Source: a virus
Lineage: Duplodnaviria > Caudoviricetes
Virus record (IMG/VR): IMGVR_UViG_3300023184_000109
Location: 1,826 to 65,825 of that record
Length of the DNA stretch: 64,000 nucleotides
Direction: 5' to 3' (one strand)
Below are positions 46,751 through 56,616 of this stretch, one piece after another. The notes beneath the pieces were generated by a model that had not been told where the DNA came from, made no database searches, and worked only from the letters and a program-made list of their open reading frames with translations. Within the stretch, counting starts at the first letter, position 1, and the number at the start of each line of letters is the position of its first letter. Position numbers and translations under genes: made by a program.

Positions 46751-48233
46751 ATTCACGCAAGCAGTTATAATTTCTACTGGACAAGTTGAAATTAACAGGC
46801 CGCCTCCAGGTCTGGGATTTCTTGCAGGTATATGTGATAGTAGTGATTTGCCTTATGAAGCATTTGATTTAAATGCTTTTGTTCTTGAGCAAGTGGGAAA
46901 TGATAAATGGATTGAACTGTATCATTACACATCATTAAATGACATTGAAGATGCTGGTTTATTAAACCAGATTGATCACATACTAGATTTGTTTGTCACA
47001 GGTATCAAAACAATAAATCCTGATCTAGTGTTGATAACAGTTTTAACTCATTGGCAAAAGTTTTGGTGTGAAAAATTATTAAAAAAAATAAAAGTATTTG
47101 ACATTAATGCAACTGTTGTGGCTGGCGGCCCGGGTATATCAGTGTATCACACTGCCACTAGTACATTTGGAAAATATCTGTGCAATCATGATTTATTAGA
47201 CTACTATGTGCTTGGAGAAGGTGAGGTAGTGTTAACTAATTTTTTAAAAGGTCAATATGATCTAGGAGTAAATTCCAAGACTGATCTTGTTGAAACTTGG
47301 GCAATGCAAATAGATAACTTAGATACAAATCCGCTGCCCTCATATAAAAAGATCGATGTTAATTATTACAAATCATCTCTGGGGACTGGAACTATTTCAA
47401 TAACTGGCAGTAGAGGCTGTGTTCGTCGTTGTACTTTCTGTGATGTGGGCAATATTTGGAAAAAATTTAGATTTAGAAGTGCAAGCAACATTGTAAAAGA
47501 AATAGAAAAACATTATTTAGAAACTGGACATACTGATTTTGCATTCACTGACAGTTTAATAAACGGGTCTTTAAAAAATTTCATTGGGTTCATGGAAGAA
47601 TTAATTGAGTTACAACAGACACATCCGGATCTAAAAAACATCACGTATCTTGGACAATTTATAATTAGGCCACGGGCACAGCACCCTGAATATATGTTTC
47701 AATTGATGAAACAAAGTGGATTCAGCAATGTCATAGTTGGAATAGAAACTGGCAGTGACACTGTAAGATTCCACATGAAAAAAAAGTTCACTAATGAAGA
47801 TATTGATTACCATTTAGAAATGTGCGAGAAATACAAATTAGGAAACACATTTCTTTTCATGGTAGGATATCCTACAGAAACGTTGCAAGATTTTGATGAT
47901 ACATTAAATATGGTGCGCAAATATCAAAAATATTTGTTGAGTGGGACTTTGATAGATGTTGGTGAAGCGTTACCAGTTACACTTTTGAAAAATACACCGT
48001 TGCATTCGTTGGCAGGAGAACTAGGGATTGACACAAACGATGAGTATCATAATATTTATTGGTTGTCTAAAGAAAATCCTGACCTAACTCTTAAAGAGAG
48101 ATGGCGAAGGTATATTACGTTTCAAAGAGAGTTAATTTTGTTAGGCTATCCTAGATCAGGTGATTTAGAAGTAATGCTGGCACAACATCTTACCAAGATT
48201 AAAAATTTTAAGGATTTAAATTATGTCAACTAA
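46743..48233 (+). CDS. Cobalamin-binding radical SAM enzyme (class B methyltransferase-like)
   Basis: PPPGLGFLAG, VAGGPG, GEGE, SRGCVRRCTFC, GIETGS and VGYPTET motifs. Confidence 0.85.
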   Translation: MSKFTQAVIISTGQVEINRPPPGLGFLAGICDSSDLPYEAFDLNAFVLEQVGNDKWIELYHYTSLNDIEDAGLLNQIDHILDLFVTGIKTINPDLVLITVLTHWQKFWCEKLLKKIKVFDINATVVAGGPGISVYHTATSTFGKYLCNHDLLDYYVLGEGEVVLTNFLKGQYDLGVNSKTDLVETWAMQIDNLDTNPLPSYKKIDVNYYKSSLGTGTISITGSRGCVRRCTFCDVGNIWKKFRFRSASNIVKEIEKHYLETGHTDFAFTDSLINGSLKNFIGFMEELIELQQTHPDLKNITYLGQFIIRPRAQHPEYMFQLMKQSGFSNVIVGIETGSDTVRFHMKKKFTNEDIDYHLEMCEKYKLGNTFLFMVGYPTETLQDFDDTLNMVRKYQKYLLSGTLIDVGEALPVTLLKNTPLHSLAGELGIDTNDEYHNIYWLSKENPDLTLKERWRRYITFQRELILLGYPRSGDLEVMLAQHLTKIKNFKDLNYVN

Positions 48234-48486
48234 TGTTGCAAGTGAAATTTGGGGCGAACTAAAAAGATACGTCAATGTGGTAGATCGTATAGATGCAGCC
48301 GAAAGCATTGTGTCTATCCTGATTGATCACGATCATGATGTTGAAGAAATTCGAAACGCCTTCAAAGGTGATTCAGACATCAAGAAAGCCCTGACTGCAT
48401 ACCTGGACAATGACAAGGATTATGCAGAAGAGGACGAGGAAGAGCCAGACGAAGAAGATAACTATAATCAAGAAGATGATTATTGA
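48223..48486 (+). CDS. Small acidic protein in the uvsX-uvsY region
   Basis: 87 aa, SD AAGGA, acidic tail. Confidence 0.65.
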   Translation: MSTNVASEIWGELKRYVNVVDRIDAAESIVSILIDHDHDVEEIRNAFKGDSDIKKALTAYLDNDKDYAEEDEEEPDEEDNYNQEDDY

Positions 48487-49661
48487 TGGAAAGAAATTAC
48501 TATTGCCGGCAAAAATTTCGAGCGTTGGCAATTGACCCAGAGAAAAAAACCACGTATAATTGCTATACTGCACAGTCACAACCAATAAACTTTGAGTGGT
48601 TAAAACAAAATCCTGGGCAACTGTTCAATACTGATATCAATGTCAGTGAACGTGAAATGATGTTGAATAACACACGCAACCCCAGTTGTGAACAAAGTTG
48701 TTGGGTACCCGAAGATCAAGGTATGATCAGCACAAGAATAATTGATGTTGGCAATGTAAAAACTCATGCAAATCCACGCGGCACAGTTGAAACTTTGAAT
48801 TTTGTAACTGGTAGTAATTGTAATCTAACATGCTCTTATTGTTGTAAAGAATTTAGCACTGCTTGGAGTAACGATTGTGAAAAAAATGGTGAATATCAGG
48901 ACCTGGGCAAAGATGCTGAAAGATATCAGTATTCTAAAATTGATCAGATATTAAAAAAAGTTTCTCAAGCTAAAAAGTTCAATATGTCACACTACCAAAT
49001 GTTACTGGATGAAGTGTCGCTATGCGCTGACAATTTGTCATCGTTCGGAATCAGTGGTGGGGAACCGTTGTTGCACAATCGCTTTTTAGATATTCTACAA
49101 TTAACACAACATGTACCACAAATAAAAATATACACAGGTCTAGGGGTCAACATCAAAAGATTTGAAACACTACTGGACAAAATTAAAGACTACAAAAACA
49201 TTGTGGTTGCTGTGAGCATGGAGAATGTTGGTGCATTACATGAGTTTAATAGGTACGGCACCAAATGGACGGACGTGGTAACAAAACTTGATTTGCTAAA
49301 GCAAAGCAACGTCAACACAATATTTTCTTCGACACTGAGTAATCTGAGTATTTTTGGATTTGCAGAGTTTTACAATCAATTTAAATCTTATCACATAAGG
49401 TCAGACGTGGTTCATACACCTTCGTTCATGCCACTGTACGTTATTGATGACGCCAGCAAACAATGCATAGCCAATGAACTTGCCAACACCAACTTAGACT
49501 CACGTGATGACATTATAAAAAGCCTCAGCACTGTGCCCAGTCGCGAACAACGGGTGCAATTACAAAATTTTTTACGGCAATTTATTGCCCGACGATCTGA
49601 TTTAAGTATAGATGTATTTCCAAAATCTTTTCAAACCTGGGTAACTGAAAATGTGGTATAG
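48486..49661 (+). CDS. Radical SAM protein with N-terminal Cys cluster (paralog of 38450)
   Basis: CNLTCSYC, SGGEPLL and EFNRYGTKW motifs. Confidence 0.85.
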   Translation: MERNYYCRQKFRALAIDPEKKTTYNCYTAQSQPINFEWLKQNPGQLFNTDINVSEREMMLNNTRNPSCEQSCWVPEDQGMISTRIIDVGNVKTHANPRGTVETLNFVTGSNCNLTCSYCCKEFSTAWSNDCEKNGEYQDLGKDAERYQYSKIDQILKKVSQAKKFNMSHYQMLLDEVSLCADNLSSFGISGGEPLLHNRFLDILQLTQHVPQIKIYTGLGVNIKRFETLLDKIKDYKNIVVAVSMENVGALHEFNRYGTKWTDVVTKLDLLKQSNVNTIFSSTLSNLSIFGFAEFYNQFKSYHIRSDVVHTPSFMPLYVIDDASKQCIANELANTNLDSRDDIIKSLSTVPSREQRVQLQNFLRQFIARRSDLSIDVFPKSFQTWVTENVV

Positions 49662-50103
49662 TAAAGTTGTAGCAGATCTTGGTAACATTCCTGACTTCAT
49701 TGCACATTTTGAATCAGAACTTACTGATGCCAAGCGTGATTGCAAAATTGGTGGACTAGTAGAGAAAAACATTACGGCCTTGCCAGGCATAACTGAGCAC
49801 CGATTCAATCAGTTACAAGAGATTGAAGCTGTGTTGAACTTTCTCAACATTCAACTGCGCAAGATACGCACCAAACACTTTAAAAAATACCTGGAAGGTT
49901 ATGCCCGTGCGCTCACAGCACGTGATGCTGAAAAGTATGTGGACGGCGAAGAAGAAGTTGTGGACTTTGAAACCATCATCAATGAAGTTGCGCTGTTGCG
50001 CAATCGTTGGCTGGGCATCATGAAGGGCCTGGATACTAAACAATGGCAAATGGGGCACGTGGTAAGATTACGTACGGCAGGCATGGAAGATATCACGGTA
50101 TAA
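49651..50103 (+). CDS. uvsY: Recombination mediator UvsY
   Basis: Helical 150 aa with KYLEGY, DAEKYVDG and KGLDTKQW motifs, near uvsX. Confidence 0.75.
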   Translation: MWYSKVVADLGNIPDFIAHFESELTDAKRDCKIGGLVEKNITALPGITEHRFNQLQEIEAVLNFLNIQLRKIRTKHFKKYLEGYARALTARDAEKYVDGEEEVVDFETIINEVALLRNRWLGIMKGLDTKQWQMGHVVRLRTAGMEDITV

Positions 50104-50104
50104 C

Positions 50105-50215
50105 ATGACTGATCAAGAACGCTGGCAAAGAGATCTAGAAGAAATGGAGTTATTCTTTGTGCTGTTCTTCATTGAAACCTGGGTGGCTTTTTGGTGGTAT
50201 GTGAGTCACATATAA
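50105..50215 (+). CDS. Putative 36-aa membrane peptide (not in the ORF track)
   Basis: MTDQERWQRDLEEMELFFVLFFIETWVAFWWYVSHI exactly fills the gap between two genes. Confidence 0.45.
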   Translation: MTDQERWQRDLEEMELFFVLFFIETWVAFWWYVSHI

Positions 50216-50219
50216 TAAT

Positions 50220-50738
50220 ATGGTAGGAATATACAAAGAACTTTTGCCTAAATACAATGTAGTGCATGACTTTATCACCAAATATGGTCCATGCAGTGTT
50301 GTAGATTGGGGGTGTGCAAATGGATTTCTTCTCAACCGCTTGGAACAAGATTTCTCCAGTATTCAAACACTGGGAGGCTATGATCCTGGCAATCCTGATT
50401 ATATGGATGTGCCTGCTGGCACCTATGATTGTCTTGTCAGCTGTGATGTGATAGAACATTTTGAACCTGATGAATTGGACGCATCATTAAAACTCATGCA
50501 AAGCAAGTTTCAACGTTCTGCTTTTTTGATCATTGCCTGTTATCCTGCAAAGAAAACGCTAGAAGATGGTCGCAATGCTCATTTGATTGTGGAAAATTGT
50601 GCATGGTGGATGGACAAGATTCAGCGACAATTTGATCAATGCCACGTCACCTGGTGGGAAGCTGTGGATTTTGGCGGCAAGCCACACAAAGGGATTCAAC
50701 CTAAACCTGAACTGCGTGTAGTACTAGAGAAACGCTGA
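50220..50738 (+). CDS. Class I SAM-dependent methyltransferase
   Basis: VVDWGCANG, YDCLVSCDVIEH and DGRNAHLIVE motifs. Confidence 0.85.
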   Translation: MVGIYKELLPKYNVVHDFITKYGPCSVVDWGCANGFLLNRLEQDFSSIQTLGGYDPGNPDYMDVPAGTYDCLVSCDVIEHFEPDELDASLKLMQSKFQRSAFLIIACYPAKKTLEDGRNAHLIVENCAWWMDKIQRQFDQCHVTWWEAVDFGGKPHKGIQPKPELRVVLEKR

Positions 50739-51251
50739 GTTATCAAAAGGCTCATGACCTGAGCGCCAAATCAAATGTATTTTTTCGTGTGACAGTTTTG
50801 CTTGCCACCACTCATAATTGTGTACACACATAAATGGTTTTTTGCTTTTGGTATGAGTTATTTCCTGCAAGCCCACCACGCAGATTTTATTGCAACGACT
50901 CAACATAAGTTCGATCACTGTGTCTATGTCTGAATCAGGTATGAATGGCAACACATCCAAGCATATTACCAAGTCCCAGGTACCGTCAGGTAACTCGGCA
51001 TGTTGCTCATACGCAGGATCATGCAATGCGTAACTTTCAATACCAATCAACTTTGCAAAATTGTTTTTGCCTGTAAGGTATTGCAATCCTTTGCCGCAGC
51101 CGTAGTCCAACATAGACACACAGTGATGTTGTTGCGTGATTGTTTTTAATTGATTAACGTATTGGTAACTGCCGTAGCCGGCCCAGTTCACACTTTTTTG
51201 TTGAAATGTCTGACTTCGCTGTAGAGCACTGTAATATGCATCAGTAAACAT
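50724..51251 (-). CDS. Class I SAM-dependent methyltransferase (convergent paralog)
   Basis: MLDYGCGKG and WDLVICLDVLPFI motifs. Confidence 0.8.
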   Translation of the reverse strand: MFTDAYYSALQRSQTFQQKSVNWAGYGSYQYVNQLKTITQQHHCVSMLDYGCGKGLQYLTGKNNFAKLIGIESYALHDPAYEQHAELPDGTWDLVICLDVLPFIPDSDIDTVIELMLSRCNKICVVGLQEITHTKSKKPFMCVHNYEWWQAKLSHEKIHLIWRSGHEPFDNSAFL

Positions 51252-51846
51252 TCTTTGTTAGATCTTTCGAGTATTTAAAAAATTCAAAATCTTCACGAAA
51301 CAGTTCGCACACAAATTCTTGCGAAGTCTTGGTGTAGTATTGTTGCAGTGTTTTTTGGGTGGTGTTGATGGTTTCCAATGGTTTACGAACACCAGTTATG
51401 ATTTGCAGTGTGAGCCACTCTCGCCGAACATTTTCTAATTTTAACACATAGTTGATTTTGGCCGGCGCATTGGTAATGTAACTGACCTGCGTGTGGTCAA
51501 ATTGTGGTACCAACTTGCTGTAGTGCAACACCCAGTTTTCAAATCCAGTGTTGTATAGAGCTTGAGTACTTTGATGTAATAATTCTTTTGCTTCTAATGG
51601 ATCATCTACTGGTTTGGGTAGTGGATGTTTGGCAAGAAAGTGATCAGCTTTGTTTTTTGAAAACTCATAGTATGAAATTACCCGTTGATAAGGATTTCTA
51701 CAGGTTGCAAACCACCAGTCTGCTGTGGTATAATCAACTTCGCTGAATCGGGCATGCCCAGTTGACACAACATCAACTTGGTTGTCTTGGAACCATTTTT
51801 TAACAGATGATCCGCCATTTTTTGGTATGTGTATGAACCCCAGCAT
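51241..51846 (-). CDS. Sulfotransferase family 2-like protein
   Basis: FIHIPKNGGSS (5'-PSB-like), RNPYQRVISYY (3'-PB-like) and DFEFFKY motifs. Confidence 0.8.
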   Translation of the reverse strand: MLGFIHIPKNGGSSVKKWFQDNQVDVVSTGHARFSEVDYTTADWWFATCRNPYQRVISYYEFSKNKADHFLAKHPLPKPVDDPLEAKELLHQSTQALYNTGFENWVLHYSKLVPQFDHTQVSYITNAPAKINYVLKLENVRREWLTLQIITGVRKPLETINTTQKTLQQYYTKTSQEFVCELFREDFEFFKYSKDLTKNVY

Positions 51847-51885
51847 ATAGTATTTATTGCATAAACTACGTAGATAAATACCCAC

Positions 51886-52650
51886 ATGAAAATTGTAATT
51901 GTCACCGGCGGATTTGACCCGCTACATTCTGGGCACATTGCCTATTTTGAAGCAGCCAAGGCCTTGGGCGACAGGCTGGTGGTTGGTATCAACAGTGATG
52001 AGTGGCTCACACGCAAAAAAGGTCGACCCTTTATGCCTGCTGCCGAACGCAGAGCCATTATTGAAAATCTGCGCATGGTAGATCGTGTGATCGAATTCAA
52101 TGATGATGATGACACTGCCATAGAAGCCATACGTGTTGCCCGCACATACTACACCATGCCCAGAGCCCGATTTATATTTGCCAATGGCGGTGACCGCACG
52201 CCAGACAACATTCCTGAAATGGTGTTTGATGATGTGGATTTTGCGTTTGGTGTGGGTGGAGAAAACAAAATGAATTCAAGTTCATGGATACTTACTGAAT
52301 GGAAAACACCCCGGACTGATCGTGCCTGGGGATACTATCGTGTGTTGCATGAAGTAGGTGCCAACACCAAACTCAAAGAACTCACTGTGATGCCTGGCCA
52401 ACGACTGAGCATGCAACGTCATGATCAACGTGCAGAGTTTTGGTTTGTTGCTGAAGGTGAAGCCACAGTGTACACCATAGATGATGCCAGTACTGATCAA
52501 GAAATCAAGTGTGAATTAACTGTGCATGAACACACATTTATCCGAGTAAATGAGTGGCATCAGTTATGCAATGAAACTGATCAACCACTAAAGTTGATTG
52601 AAATACAATACGGCGACCGCTGTGTTGAGGAAGATATAGAGCGCCGATGA
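51886..52650 (+). CDS. HIGH-type cytidylyl/adenylyltransferase fused to a type II mannose-6-phosphate isomerase cupin
   Basis: TGGFDPLHSGH, KKGRP and FANGGDR, then RAWGYY, PGQRLSMQRH..RAEFW and IEIQYG motifs. Confidence 0.85.
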   Translation: MKIVIVTGGFDPLHSGHIAYFEAAKALGDRLVVGINSDEWLTRKKGRPFMPAAERRAIIENLRMVDRVIEFNDDDDTAIEAIRVARTYYTMPRARFIFANGGDRTPDNIPEMVFDDVDFAFGVGGENKMNSSSWILTEWKTPRTDRAWGYYRVLHEVGANTKLKELTVMPGQRLSMQRHDQRAEFWFVAEGEATVYTIDDASTDQEIKCELTVHEHTFIRVNEWHQLCNETDQPLKLIEIQYGDRCVEEDIERR

Positions 52651-53339
52651 AACCTATTCCTGTGTTTGTAGGATATGATCCTAGAGAAGCTGTGGCATAT
52701 CATGTGTGCGTTAATTCAATTATTAGGCATGCCAGTCAACCAGTTGCCATCATACCAGTGGCACTGAACTTGTTTCGAGATTATGATGAAACACACACTG
52801 ACGGCAGCAATCAATTTATCTACAGTCGTTTTCTTGTACCGCACTTGATGGACTACTCAGGATGGGCCATATTCATTGATGGCGACATGATTTTGCGTGG
52901 AGACATTGTAGAACTATGGGAATTGCAAGACTCGTTCAAAGACGTCATGGTAGTCAAACATGATTACAAAACACGCATGCCTGTCAAGTACCTTGGCTCA
53001 AAGAACGAAGACTATCCTCGCAAGAACTGGTCAAGTGTTATACTGTGGAATTGCAACAGTTATCCCAATCGCAAGTTGACACCAGAATTTGTGCAAAAGT
53101 CAACAGGTGCAGAACTACATAGATTTTCATGGATAGATGATGAACGTATTGGTGAGCTACCCCCAGAGTGGAACTGGTTGGATGTTGAATACGAGTGGAA
53201 CCCACAGGCAAAATTAGTACACTACACTTTGGGCACTCCGTGCTTTCATGAGTTTGCTGATGCTGGTGATTTTGCAGAAGAATGGCACCAAGAAAGATTA
53301 CTAACCAATTATTGCGAGCAAAAAATACAAAATGGATGA
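52647..53339 (+). CDS. Glycosyltransferase (GT-A, GT8-like)
   Basis: FVGYDPRE, SRFLVP, FIDGDM, YPRKNWSS and HYTLGTP motifs. Confidence 0.8.
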   Translation: MKPIPVFVGYDPREAVAYHVCVNSIIRHASQPVAIIPVALNLFRDYDETHTDGSNQFIYSRFLVPHLMDYSGWAIFIDGDMILRGDIVELWELQDSFKDVMVVKHDYKTRMPVKYLGSKNEDYPRKNWSSVILWNCNSYPNRKLTPEFVQKSTGAELHRFSWIDDERIGELPPEWNWLDVEYEWNPQAKLVHYTLGTPCFHEFADAGDFAEEWHQERLLTNYCEQKIQNG

Positions 53340-54291
53340 AGAACTAACATCACTGCCGCGGCATGAACTTGAAATGGTTCCTCCTGAAATGGCACAATTA
53401 TTTAGAGACATTATAAAATATCGTGTGGATCCAGAAGGGGCATATTACGGTATTGGTGTTGAGCAAATATTTGAACAAATTCGAGCACTTGACAACGGAG
53501 TTGTTCACGGTATTGACAGTGAATTTAGATATGAGGAAAAAGGAAAAATGTTTGATCCTGTTATACAGAGTCTCACCTTGGGAGCAGGTGGTCAGATAAC
53601 CACCTGGAGCAAAAGCGAACCATCAATGACGCCAGTTATCTTGCGTGGCATAACCAAACGTAAACAAATGGATTCTTGTAGACAAAATAACAGAGACTTT
53701 TATTATATTGACACTGGCTACTTGGGTAATGGTAAAAAGAAAACTTACCACAGAATCACAAAAAACGATGTGCAAAATTTTGGTCCTGTAATAGATCGCC
53801 CTGGTGATAGATTTGAGCGAACTGGTGTCAGGCCAGCCAAATGCCGAACTGACGGCAGGCGCATATTGCTTGCACCCCCCAGCCAAAAGTTATTGAATTT
53901 GTACGACATTGATCTGGAACAATGGTTAGAAACCACGCTGGCAGAAATTGCACAGAACACGGATCGTCCTGTTGTGGTTCGACGCAAACCTGGACGCACT
54001 GCTAGGACCAGTGACGACAGCATGGAAGCGGCGTTGAGTCAAGACATCTATTGTTTGATAACATTCAGCAGCATTGCAGCCGGAGAAGCATTGATATACG
54101 GCAAGCCCGCAATCACACTAGGGCCAAATGCGGCTGCATCGTTGTGCAGTAACACATTGAAAGAAATTGAATATATTAAAAAGCCTGACATAGATCAAGT
54201 CCGTGCTTGGTGTAGACACATAGCCTATTGTCAATTTACTGAGCCAGAAATGCGTGACGGCACAGCATGGAGAATATTACAAGGTGGTTGA
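53332..54291 (+). CDS. Capsule-synthesis (KpsS/KpsC-like) GT-B protein, paralog 1
   Basis: YIDTGYLG, VRRKP, ITFSSIAAGEALIYGKP and IAYCQFT motifs. Confidence 0.55.
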   Translation: MDEELTSLPRHELEMVPPEMAQLFRDIIKYRVDPEGAYYGIGVEQIFEQIRALDNGVVHGIDSEFRYEEKGKMFDPVIQSLTLGAGGQITTWSKSEPSMTPVILRGITKRKQMDSCRQNNRDFYYIDTGYLGNGKKKTYHRITKNDVQNFGPVIDRPGDRFERTGVRPAKCRTDGRRILLAPPSQKLLNLYDIDLEQWLETTLAEIAQNTDRPVVVRRKPGRTARTSDDSMEAALSQDIYCLITFSSIAAGEALIYGKPAITLGPNAAASLCSNTLKEIEYIKKPDIDQVRAWCRHIAYCQFTEPEMRDGTAWRILQGG

Positions 54292-55207
54292 TGTTGTTGT
54301 TTACGTCAGCTCAGTGGCCAATCCACAAAAGCATGCGAGAAAAATACAATGCTTGGAAAGTTTTGCTGAAGGCGTTAAGGCCGCGGGACACACAGTTACC
54401 CTGGAATGGGAACACCGTTATACTCCCAGTCGGTTAGCAGTGATGCTGGGATGGGCCACTACCAACACTGGTGGCCGTAACATCACATTGCGAAAACAAA
54501 TCATTGCTGAACAACGTGCGCAGGGCAACCACACCATGTGCATAGATGCGTCATGCTGGAAATACCTTGACAACAATGGCACTTACTTGCGTTACAGCCT
54601 TGACGGACCTTTTTATGACCGTGCCGAGTATGCCAACAAGAACAGCAACAATGGTAAATGGCAAGAGATCAGTTCAGTTCTGGGCATACAATTAAAACCC
54701 CCGCAACACAATGATGGGCACATCTTGATTGGCATGCAACGTGATGGTGGGTTTGCAATGAAAGCACTAGATCCCATGTCATGGTTGTGGGACAAGATTC
54801 AAGCCATTAGAAAAGTTACTGGCAGACCCATACACATACGTCCACATCCAGGACAATACAACATGGCAGACTTTGTCCGGTACACCGGTAGACACGTTAG
54901 ACGATTGAACACTGTGGTGATACATCCTGAACAAAGCAGACTGATTGACAACCTGCAAGGTGCGCACAGTGCAGTGTTCTTCAACAGTTCAGCAAGTGTG
55001 GCTGCTGTGTGTGAAGGTGTACCTGTGTTTGTGGATGATGCCAGTTGTGTGGCATGGTCTGTTGCCAACAAGGACATCGCAAAAATTGAAACGCCTGATA
55101 CATTTGATAAGAACCAATGGATATGGGACCTGGCTTCAGCACACTGGAGTGATGCAGATGCACGAGCAGGGCGCATCTATCAAAAGTTCTTACCGTATTT
55201 GGTATAA
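54284..55207 (+). CDS. Capsule-synthesis-like GT-B protein, paralog 2
   Basis: IHIRPHP and VFFNSSASVAAVCEGVPVF motifs. Confidence 0.55.
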   Translation: MVDVVVYVSSVANPQKHARKIQCLESFAEGVKAAGHTVTLEWEHRYTPSRLAVMLGWATTNTGGRNITLRKQIIAEQRAQGNHTMCIDASCWKYLDNNGTYLRYSLDGPFYDRAEYANKNSNNGKWQEISSVLGIQLKPPQHNDGHILIGMQRDGGFAMKALDPMSWLWDKIQAIRKVTGRPIHIRPHPGQYNMADFVRYTGRHVRRLNTVVIHPEQSRLIDNLQGAHSAVFFNSSASVAAVCEGVPVFVDDASCVAWSVANKDIAKIETPDTFDKNQWIWDLASAHWSDADARAGRIYQKFLPYLV

Positions 55208-55987
55208 TTCCACAAGCTCTGCAACATCACCATTGACAAACTCGTCAATGTGAAATTGACTCCATGCAATATGATCCCACCAGTCTGCTCGGTCTGGATA
55301 TGTGATGTTGGCCAAGTTATCTACACCGCCCATGAGCAATGTGGTAACTGATGCATCCACAGTGTATGCTGGTACGCCCAACAACACTGCTTCTACACAG
55401 GCCATGGTACGTTCGCCCACAACAGCATGTGCCTTGACCAATTGATCTTGGTAGCGTTGAAATCTTGTTGCCTTGTTTCCAGCCTTGGGTCTCCATACTA
55501 TGGGTCCGGACCAAGACTTTTTTATTGCTTTTTCAATTTCAGCACACCATTCGGGTGTGGTAATACCTCGACGTTGCAACAGTATTTCGTTTATGGGCAT
55601 GGGCACCAACACATAATCACCTGTACGTTGTTGCCAGGTTTGTTGTGCAGGTGCAGGAAACAGTTTGGATCTGTTGTGAGGTCTGGGTCGCATGCGCATG
55701 TTATGATGGCCACAGTATGTTACTCTGCGTGTGGCCCGTCGAGGTGTATCCAATCCCCAATAACCATATTCAATTTCAATCCAGGGACGACCGGCAGCGA
55801 TCCATTCCTTCAGCGGGCTCCACCAAGGTGCAAAGTGACTGACAACTAACACATGGTCTTGGGGTATTTGATGCATGTGATCAAACGTTTTAAGTCCACG
55901 ACGCTGCCAAGGACGCAATGACCATGACTCAAAGTCACCTTTGATGGCTGAACACCAAGCGTATTTTATTGCCAACCCATGATCCAA
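55190..55987 (-). CDS. Capsule-synthesis-like GT-B protein, paralog 3
   Basis: IEYGYWG, IVWRPK, ACVEAVLLGVPAY and IAWSQFHIDE motifs. Confidence 0.5.
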   Translation of the reverse strand: MDHGLAIKYAWCSAIKGDFESWSLRPWQRRGLKTFDHMHQIPQDHVLVVSHFAPWWSPLKEWIAAGRPWIEIEYGYWGLDTPRRATRRVTYCGHHNMRMRPRPHNRSKLFPAPAQQTWQQRTGDYVLVPMPINEILLQRRGITTPEWCAEIEKAIKKSWSGPIVWRPKAGNKATRFQRYQDQLVKAHAVVGERTMACVEAVLLGVPAYTVDASVTTLLMGGVDNLANITYPDRADWWDHIAWSQFHIDEFVNGDVAELVELYQIR

Positions 55988-56616
55988 TCATCCTTGACTT
56001 GATCCAGTCGCACCATGCCCCATGACCGCATGAGTTCAATGGCAGCATGTTGTCCATATTGATCACTGTAAGCATCATGTGGTTTTTGTTCTACCACAAC
56101 AACAGGTCTACATCGCTTTATGGTTTGCTCAGCACCTTGAAGTATGCGATACTCGTAGCCTTCGCAATCCATTTTGATGTAGTCTACTTCGTCCAAATCC
56201 AAGTCATCCAGTCTATACACTTGAGTTTCGCCAGTGCCCAAGGTAGCAGGATCAATGTGCGTGTGTCCGGTGTTGCCTTCTGTAATGATCATTGTGGCGG
56301 TTGTGCGTTTGTCACCCAGTGCAAAGTCTTTGACTTGTAAGTTATCAGCAACAACATTACGAATCAGGCATTCTCTAAACATGGCCACAGGCTCAAATGC
56401 CAGCACAGTGCGAAAGTTTTGGCATAGACTGCGACTCCACAATCCCACATTGGCACCTATGTCCAAGGCAACACCGCGCCGCTTGGTATGTGTCATGCTG
56501 CGATCGCGCACTTGATATTGGTACTCAGCAGGTCCGCCTTTGTCTGTGCTTTTCTTCAGCATCTTTGGAAAATGTGATTCGGCGTCTGGGAACCACCACC
56601 CTTGGTATTCATGCAC
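55966..56616 (-). CDS. FkbM-family methyltransferase
   Basis: LDIGANVG, AFEP, YIKMDCEGYE and PVVVVE motifs. Confidence 0.9.
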   Translation of the reverse strand: MHEYQGWWFPDAESHFPKMLKKSTDKGGPAEYQYQVRDRSMTHTKRRGVALDIGANVGLWSRSLCQNFRTVLAFEPVAMFRECLIRNVVADNLQVKDFALGDKRTTATMIITEGNTGHTHIDPATLGTGETQVYRLDDLDLDEVDYIKMDCEGYEYRILQGAEQTIKRCRPVVVVEQKPHDAYSDQYGQHAAIELMRSWGMVRLDQVKDDWIMGWQ

